Below are positions 36,101 through 41,239 of a stretch of 41,239 nucleotides of DNA, piece after piece (within the stretch, counting starts at the first letter, position 1; each line of letters begins with the position of its first letter). Both the position numbers and the translations under genes were made by a program. Source of the DNA: Flavobacteriales bacterium (GTDB lineage: Bacteria > Bacteroidota > Bacteroidia > Palsa-965). Where the stretch lies: assembly GCA_040377305.1 (NCBI GenBank), contig JBEIPA010000038.1, positions 1 through 41,239 on the forward strand. The letters are read 5' to 3'. Below the pieces are notes generated by a model. It ran no database searches. It saw only the letters and a program-made list of their open reading frames with translations, and was not told the DNA's origin.

Positions 36101-37689
36101 CCGGGGCAAGTAAAGTAGACTTGACGGGTCCGGAGTTCATTTCAGTACATCCGAAACAGGATTCACTACGCTTTTTTGCTCAACGTGCGAAGTTCGACTA
36201 CCAGAACTTCATCATCGAAGCCGAAGAAGTGAAAGAGATTAAAGTTGCCGATGCGCGCATAATGCCAGACAGCGGAAAAGTGGTTGTTGAGCGCAATGCC
36301 TATATGCGTCCGCTCGAGAATTCTAAAATCGAAGCGAACGTGGTTACCAAATATCACAACCTGTTTAATTGTCACACTGAAGTTTTCTCTCGCGGCAGCT
36401 ATACGGCGTCGGGCGATTACGCTTACGTTGATGAACTCAAGAAGGAACAGATCATTCACTTCTCGAAAGTGGCGCCGGATACTTCCGGTCAAACGTATGC
36501 GGAAGGTTTCATTGCCGATACTTCCAAGTTTGCATTAAGTCCTGCTTTTGATTTCCAGGGAAAAGTAATTCTTGCTGCTAACAACCAGTTCCTCGTGTTT
36601 GATGGTAATACCGGTTTGCAACACGATTGTGCTATTGGAAAAGAGCGATTGAAGTTCAAAGGAGAAATTAATCCTTCCCAGATTTACATTCCTGTTGACG
36701 CGAATCTCGTTGACGAAAAAGGCAGTCCTATCGTTGCGGGTATAGTGAGTACACTCGATTCTGTACACATCTATGGTGCAATGCTGTCGCCGAAGAAAGC
36801 ACGAACCGATGTTACCGTAGTCGGAGCAGATGGATTCCTTTTCTTCGACAAAGCTTCCCGTGAATACCGTATTTCCAATAAAGAAAAACTCATCGAGCAA
36901 TCGTTGCCTGGAAATTACATCAGCTTCAAAACCAAAGAGTGTACAATTTATGGTGAAGGAAAGATGAACCTTGGTTCCGACCTCGGACAAGTAACATTGC
37001 TTCCGGTTGGTAACGCAACGCACAACACCGTAAATCAACAAACGGATTTTGACCTTGTGATGGCCATCAACTTCTTCATGAGCAACAAAGCCATGGATGT
37101 TTTGGTGGAGGATATCAATGCTTCGACTTCACTTGCCGGGACCGAAGCAGCCCGTCCAACTTTCCAACGCGCATTGAACGAGATCGTCGGAAAAGAAAAG
37201 GCTGACAAATTAATTTCCCAGTTAAGCCTCTACGGATCGTACAAAAAGTTCCCGGATGAGCTGGAATACACGTTTTTCTTTACAGATGTTAAGATGATTT
37301 GGGCTCAAAAGGCAAAATCCTATGTGTCAACCGGTAAACTGGGCCTGGGTAGTATTGGTAAGAATCAAATTAATAAATTTGTACCCGGAACAATGGTTGT
37401 GGAGCGGAAGAAAAGCGGAGATATTTTCTCGCTTTACCTCGAACTCGACAACAGTAAATGGTATTCTTTCCGCTATTCGAACGGAATTATGCTCGTTTAT
37501 TCTTCAAATACGAAGTTTAACGACATAATTAAGGAGATTAAGGACGATGACCGCAAGGTTGAGGGAGGGAACGGGAAAAAGTCGTATCGTTACAACCTCG
37601 GAAGTCCGAATGAGCGGACGCTGATTTTGAAAGCAAAAACCAAGGCCGAAGAAGGCGGGGGCGACCTCGATGATCCGGAGCCGAAATAA
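33139..37689 (+). CDS. very large (1516 aa) beta-rich exported protein of unknown function
   Basis: ATG 33139 overlaps the prmA TGA (ATGA). Signal peptide ending AQ; helical N-terminus, then about 1200 aa of short beta strands with internal repeats; no T9SS CTD; charged C-terminus. Confidence 0.9.
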   Translation: MSMRLKNIVLLLLALSPVLSLKIAAQTMPKSFTEDNVKFIEEMRDFFESNDQKKGKEYIDEFNEQYWITGKITAEMKAAIYKNTNAMAKKKFKPSPEYYAYFNTIKTVVDKGIPMTTFNEWQACFTSSSENRNQKPFSDFIMMSEGLFRDNTFYDEPSGKWQAIGGSWKFQCDTVPKIIFTGITLKGTGKNDSTMIYGTTGTFNVARQTWVGKGGKVDWTRAGMSKTDVYAELKNYNITLKSMSYVADTVTFYNKIYFKDKPLIGKLTERLTPDVQAKFAQYPKFESYSSRYQIKSMYPNVDYEGGFTQVGSKFIGSGSKEAPAFFMFKRNGKNFLYAASLSFAITDGKVTSPNTTIKFFLDADSIFHPLVDFKYFVDSSRVIIYRSNDGASQAPFTNSFHEVDMLVEQIVWNTETPIITMGTLPGTTQGEAQFPSADYYRQYLYDRMQGMEMVHPLIKIRNFVYQVNDSVRTFPLVDLARYWKLPIEQLRPTIMNLSNEGFLIYDPVTDMVTYKEKSNTYIAARAGKKDYDNLLFQSKVQPGSSNAQLNLLNYDLTIFGVEEIGLSDSQNVVVFPAGDKVILKKNRTFTFEGSVMAGRFDYYGKLFTFNYETFQIQLNNVDSVRIWVDTPERDPRDPKGGFKQVKVRSVIENLNGTLAVDHPSNKSGVWSQPKPNCPKCPSFPNYPIFRSAKPSYVYYDRPSIHKGVYNRDKFYFKLDTFTIDSLDNFTNKSLHFTGTFESAGIFPTIRDTLALQPDYSLGFVRQSPPGGYPLYGGKAKFTNTMSLSNKGLHGDGVIDYITSTSRSKDFTFFPDSANGLAESFVVREQNIKGKTEYPDVTGSKIYIHWMPKKDYMLATNKDSAFTSYNGEAKVNGTLTLGPKSLAANGKMDFNKSEMFSKNMVMKHHTVDADTVDFNLKSADLASMAFSTKNFKAHIDFEKREGDFKANGKGSVVQFPVNQYICYMENFKWFMDKSQLELSGNKPTAGASKVDLTGPEFISVHPKQDSLRFFAQRAKFDYQNFIIEAEEVKEIKVADARIMPDSGKVVVERNAYMRPLENSKIEANVVTKYHNLFNCHTEVFSRGSYTASGDYAYVDELKKEQIIHFSKVAPDTSGQTYAEGFIADTSKFALSPAFDFQGKVILAANNQFLVFDGNTGLQHDCAIGKERLKFKGEINPSQIYIPVDANLVDEKGSPIVAGIVSTLDSVHIYGAMLSPKKARTDVTVVGADGFLFFDKASREYRISNKEKLIEQSLPGNYISFKTKECTIYGEGKMNLGSDLGQVTLLPVGNATHNTVNQQTDFDLVMAINFFMSNKAMDVLVEDINASTSLAGTEAARPTFQRALNEIVGKEKADKLISQLSLYGSYKKFPDELEYTFFFTDVKMIWAQKAKSYVSTGKLGLGSIGKNQINKFVPGTMVVERKKSGDIFSLYLELDNSKWYSFRYSNGIMLVYSSNTKFNDIIKEIKDDDRKVEGGNGKKSYRYNLGSPNERTLILKAKTKAEEGGGDLDDPEPK

Positions 37690-37694
37690 GATAA

Positions 37695-38360
37695 ATGACG
37701 ATAACCGCGATAATTGCTCTGATTTTGGCTTACCTGATGGGTTCAATTCCATCGGCAGTCTGGATTGGTAAGACACTTTACGGTGTCGATGTGCGAGACT
37801 TTGGTTCTGGGAACTCCGGCGCCACCAATACTTTTCGTATTCTTGGTAAGCGCGCCGGTCTCATTGTACTTTCCGTTGACATTCTGAAAGGATGGCTCGC
37901 GGTTACAATGGCGTCGTTTGTGTCGGTGCATCCTGCCGGAACAACTCCTTATGTCGATCTGCAAATTGTACTAGGAGTTGCTGCCGTTATTGGTCACATC
38001 TTCCCGGTTTTTGCTGGCTTCCGCGGAGGCAAAGGCATCGCAACATTGTTCGGGGTTATTCTTGCTGCTCATCCGCTGGCATGCTTGATTTCGCTTGGCG
38101 TATTCGCGCTTATCTTTCTGGCATTCAACTATGTAAGCCTTGGTTCAATCAGTGCAGCTGTTGCCTTCCCAATCAGCGTAATTACCGTATTTGCAGATCA
38201 GGTGGTGCCTTCGATGGTTATCTTTTCAATCATGGTTGCGATCCTCGTAATGATCACACACCAGAAGAATATTGAGCGTTTGATCCGCAGGGAAGAGTCG
38301 AAGATGAAGCTCGTTAAAAAACGTAAAGCAGAGGAAACAAGCACGCCTACTGCTTCGTAA
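37695..38360 (+). CDS. plsY: glycerol-3-phosphate acyltransferase PlsY
   Basis: YLMGSIP, GSGNSGATN, DILKG, GHIFPVF..FRGGKGIAT and HQKNIERL motifs. Confidence 0.97.
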   Translation: MTITAIIALILAYLMGSIPSAVWIGKTLYGVDVRDFGSGNSGATNTFRILGKRAGLIVLSVDILKGWLAVTMASFVSVHPAGTTPYVDLQIVLGVAAVIGHIFPVFAGFRGGKGIATLFGVILAAHPLACLISLGVFALIFLAFNYVSLGSISAAVAFPISVITVFADQVVPSMVIFSIMVAILVMITHQKNIERLIRREESKMKLVKKRKAEETSTPTAS

Positions 38361-38368
38361 TACAATCA

Positions 38369-38390
38369 TTTCCACACAGTCTTGTGGAAA
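38369..38390. promoter_or_regulatory. short inverted repeat after plsY (weak terminator or DnaA-box-like pair)
   Basis: TTTCCACA-cagtct-TGTGGAAA; no U-tract follows. Confidence 0.35.
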
Positions 38391-38493
38391 CTCTACCTGT
38401 GAAGCATCATAAGAACACGCTCGCTAATTGCGTAAATTTAGAGTGATATTCTTGCAGCCGCTGTGCTACAGGACAGACTGTGATCTAACCCCA

Positions 38494-41239
38494 ATGGGAA
38501 AAAGGTACTTAGTCCTTTTATTCTCCGTCATATTGATGGCTCTTTCGCCTGCGCGTTTGTGTGCACAGGATACTGAAGCAGATAAGATCAAGAATGCGGC
38601 TGCTGCTTTTGACCGGGAAGATTTCGCTGCAGCAATGCCGTTGTATTCGCAACTGCTTTCACTTCATCCAACTGATCCAAACTACAATTACCGATTCGGT
38701 GTGTGCATGTTGTATGCAAGTGCCGACAAAGGAAAAGCATTACCGTTTCTCGAAGAAGCTTCGAAGAATCCGAAATGCGAAGTAGATGTTTGGTTCTATC
38801 TCGGCAAAGCATATCACCTCAATTACCGTTTCGATGAAGCAATCACGGCATTCGCGAAATACAAAACGCTTGCCGGTGAAAAGAAATCAGAGAAGCTGCA
38901 AGTCGACAATCAGATTGCGATGTGCAAAACGGGAAAGAAGCTTCTGAAAGCCGTAACAGACATCACCGTTCTCGAAAAGAAAGAATTACCGCGGGCTGAT
39001 TTTTTTCGTTCCTATAATCTTGAAGGTTACAGCGGACAACTTCTCGTTAAGCCAGACGAATTCAAAACGAATCTCGATCGGAAGAAGAATGAAACATCAA
39101 TCATCTTCCTTTCGAGTGAAAAAAATACGCTTTACTATTCTTCTTACGGTGAAGACGAAGCAAACGGAAAAGATATCTACCGAATCGTTCGTCTCCCAAC
39201 GGGAGGATGGAGCAAACCATACAACGTTGGTTATCCGATTAACACGGAGTACGATGAAGATTACCCGTTCTTACATCCAAACGGTAATGTCTTGTACTTC
39301 TCCTCGAAAGGCCACAACTCCATGGGTGGTTACGACATTTTCCGTTCCGAATTGAATCAGGAAACAGGTTCGTGGCTCAAACCTACGAACATGGATTTCG
39401 CAATCAATTCTCCGGACGATGATATTATGTTCGTTCCCGATTACGATGAGAAGACTGCATGGTTTGCATCAGCACGTAATAGTCCGCAAGGTTTGATGAT
39501 GGTCTATCACGTTGTGATTGAACGTAAACCTGCAAACATGCAAGTGATTTCAGGAACGTTCAAACCAACCGGTGTTGATCCGACTGCGAATGCGAAGATC
39601 ACTGTGCGCAATGAAGAAACGAATCAACCTGTAGGAGTTTACAACAGCAACAGCTCAACCGGTAAATACCTGATCAATCTTCCGAACACCGGAGGTAAGT
39701 ACACATTCACCGTAGAGAAAAGCGGGATTCACACCCAAACGAAAACGGTCTTCATGCCTCCGCAGTACGAGCTGAAACCAATTCGCCAGGAAATTTTCTA
39801 CACAGAATCTGACGGTGAGCAGAACCTGAATGTTGTTACTTACTTCGACGACGATTCAGCTTCATTCGCACCCGATTTTCTGATTGACAAAGCAAACCTT
39901 GATGTCAATCCGGATGCGGGCACAAACTCATACGAAGTAGTTGACATTGGAAATCCGAACGGCACCAGCGATCCAAATGGTGTTGGCGATCCGGTTGACG
40001 AGAATGATAGTTCAGATATTCCCGGTGGAGGAACTGATCCATCAGACAGTGTTCCGTCGTCGTCTAAGGGAACAGTCACAACTGCAGAACTCATCAGTAC
40101 GGCATTTGAGAATGCGGATTTCACACGTAAGGATGCAGTTCAGTTTCACCAGCAAACTGATCGCGCATTTACTTACGCAGCGGGCTTGAATGAACGAGCT
40201 ATCGAAAAGCAGAAAGAAGCCGATGCTGCACTTGCTGCTGCAAACGCAATGACAGATGGTCCGGAGAAAACGAGCGCACTTCAGGCTGCTGCGGTGATTC
40301 AGGGAGAAGCAAATTCATTGCAATCGCAAACGGTTGCCGCATTCAATATTGCGAATGGTTACAGTGAGGATGCAAAACACAAAGACGACGAAGCAAAAGT
40401 CGCAGAACAGTATGCAAATGCCCTGCAGGATGGATCGAAGAAAACCGGACCGAATGCAATGGACGCTGCAAATTCATTGGAGCAGCAAATGAACGACATG
40501 TCCGGAGTCCGTTCGCAAGCCGAAGAAACTGCGAAGAATGCTCAGGAAGAAGCCGATAAGAAACGCGATAATCTTCAACTCGTAAAGAATCAACTTGAAG
40601 ATGCGAAAGAGGAAGAGCGCGCTAATCTTGAATTGATTAAACAGCTTCGTGCAGATTCTGCGAAAGAAAAAGATCCGGATTTGCGTGAAGGATACGGCGC
40701 ACAGATTGAAGGTGTTTATGAGAGCTTAGCCGACAACCGTGCGGAGATCAAGAAGAAAGAAGCCCAGGTTAATCGGATGACTAACGAGCTGAACGGACTC
40801 GATGCAGTTGCTGCGGGTTCGAAAGCTGCAATGGAAGCCTCGAAAGATCCATCCGTTGCTCCAGTTGCAATGACTGCTGAGGAGAAAAAAGAATTGCAGT
40901 CGAGCGTTGTCGGTTATCAGAATAGAGTAGAGGATTCGAATAATCCAACGGTCTATGCACCAGTAACACAAAATCCAAAAACACAAAATCCTGTTGTAAC
41001 GAATCCGAATACACAGAATCCGGAGACACAAAATCCAAACACACAGAATCCTGTTGTAACGAATCCGAATACGCAGAATCCGGAAACACAAAATCCGGTT
41101 GTAACGAATCCGAATACACAGAATCCGAATACACAGAATCCGGAGACACAAAATCCAAACACACAGAATCCTGTTGTAACGAATCCGAATACGCAGAATC
41201 CGGAAACACAAAATCCGGTTGTAACGAATCCGAATACAC
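38494..41239 (+). CDS. large exported TPR + PD40 + carboxypeptidase-regulatory-like domain protein (PorE-like N-terminus) with coiled coil and xTQNP repeats, 3'-partial
   Basis: Not in the track because no stop occurs in the window. MGKRYLVLLFSVILMALSPARLCAQ signal; TPR PNYNYRFGVCML / WFYLGKAYHLNYRFDEAI; PD40 PINTEYDEDYPFLHPNGNVLYFSSKGHNSMGGYDIF; AKITVRNEETNQPVG..GKYLINLP. Spot-checked segments stay in one frame to the window edge. Confidence 0.9.
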   Translation, partial: MGKRYLVLLFSVILMALSPARLCAQDTEADKIKNAAAAFDREDFAAAMPLYSQLLSLHPTDPNYNYRFGVCMLYASADKGKALPFLEEASKNPKCEVDVWFYLGKAYHLNYRFDEAITAFAKYKTLAGEKKSEKLQVDNQIAMCKTGKKLLKAVTDITVLEKKELPRADFFRSYNLEGYSGQLLVKPDEFKTNLDRKKNETSIIFLSSEKNTLYYSSYGEDEANGKDIYRIVRLPTGGWSKPYNVGYPINTEYDEDYPFLHPNGNVLYFSSKGHNSMGGYDIFRSELNQETGSWLKPTNMDFAINSPDDDIMFVPDYDEKTAWFASARNSPQGLMMVYHVVIERKPANMQVISGTFKPTGVDPTANAKITVRNEETNQPVGVYNSNSSTGKYLINLPNTGGKYTFTVEKSGIHTQTKTVFMPPQYELKPIRQEIFYTESDGEQNLNVVTYFDDDSASFAPDFLIDKANLDVNPDAGTNSYEVVDIGNPNGTSDPNGVGDPVDENDSSDIPGGGTDPSDSVPSSSKGTVTTAELISTAFENADFTRKDAVQFHQQTDRAFTYAAGLNERAIEKQKEADAALAAANAMTDGPEKTSALQAAAVIQGEANSLQSQTVAAFNIANGYSEDAKHKDDEAKVAEQYANALQDGSKKTGPNAMDAANSLEQQMNDMSGVRSQAEETAKNAQEEADKKRDNLQLVKNQLEDAKEEERANLELIKQLRADSAKEKDPDLREGYGAQIEGVYESLADNRAEIKKKEAQVNRMTNELNGLDAVAAGSKAAMEASKDPSVAPVAMTAEEKKELQSSVVGYQNRVEDSNNPTVYAPVTQNPKTQNPVVTNPNTQNPETQNPNTQNPVVTNPNTQNPETQNPVVTNPNTQNPNTQNPETQNPNTQNPVVTNPNTQNPETQNPVVTNPNT
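40963..41239 (+). repeat. coding tandem repeat, 15-bp units (xTQNP / VVTNP), at least 18 copies
   Basis: VTQNP KTQNP VVTNP NTQNP ETQNP...; 41001-41119 is identical to 41121-41239 (120-bp higher-order unit). Confidence 0.97.

Noticed and set aside
40963-41239. Possible CRISPR array or the antisense Cys/Ile/Arg-rich ORFs (40726-41211, 40781-41239, 40953-41162)
   Set aside because: Units are contiguous 15-mers with no unique spacers and vary at synonymous positions of the + strand frame. The minus-strand ORFs are shadows of the repeat, and no cas genes are present.

Overview
A 41.2-kb, gene-dense chromosomal window from a Bacteroidota bacterium. The assignment rests on T9SS C-terminal sorting domains, TAnnTTTG promoters, Bacteroidota-type long parE/parC, and a DUF4294-like protein. 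Most genes are housekeeping or envelope genes: rsmE, gluQ, a split transketolase, ychF, parE/parC, sua5/tsaC, accC, prmA, plsY, an ECF sigma/anti-sigma/Spy-like/outer-membrane-protein cluster, vWA, MORN, OmpA, GT39 and NlpC/P60 proteins. Three CDSs are missing from the supplied ORF track: a partial YiiX-like gene at the left edge, a 56-aa orphan T9SS CTD, and a >915-aa TPR-PD40 protein running off the right edge. I saw no rRNA, tRNA, CRISPR, integrase, transposase or phage genes. The most notable features are: (i) many intergenic spacers built from 7-10-nt units in inverted arms, one of which folds so that a stop codon sits next to the following start codon; (ii) a 1516-aa beta-rich exported protein of unknown function tightly linked between prmA and plsY; (iii) a T9SS-secreted cutinase/PETase-like hydrolase; (iv) an anti-sigma factor with six VPxxYF repeats; (v) a PorE-like giant with a coiled coil and an xTQNP tandem array; (vi) several apparently leaderless genes. 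All family calls come from motif recognition by eye, without database searches.
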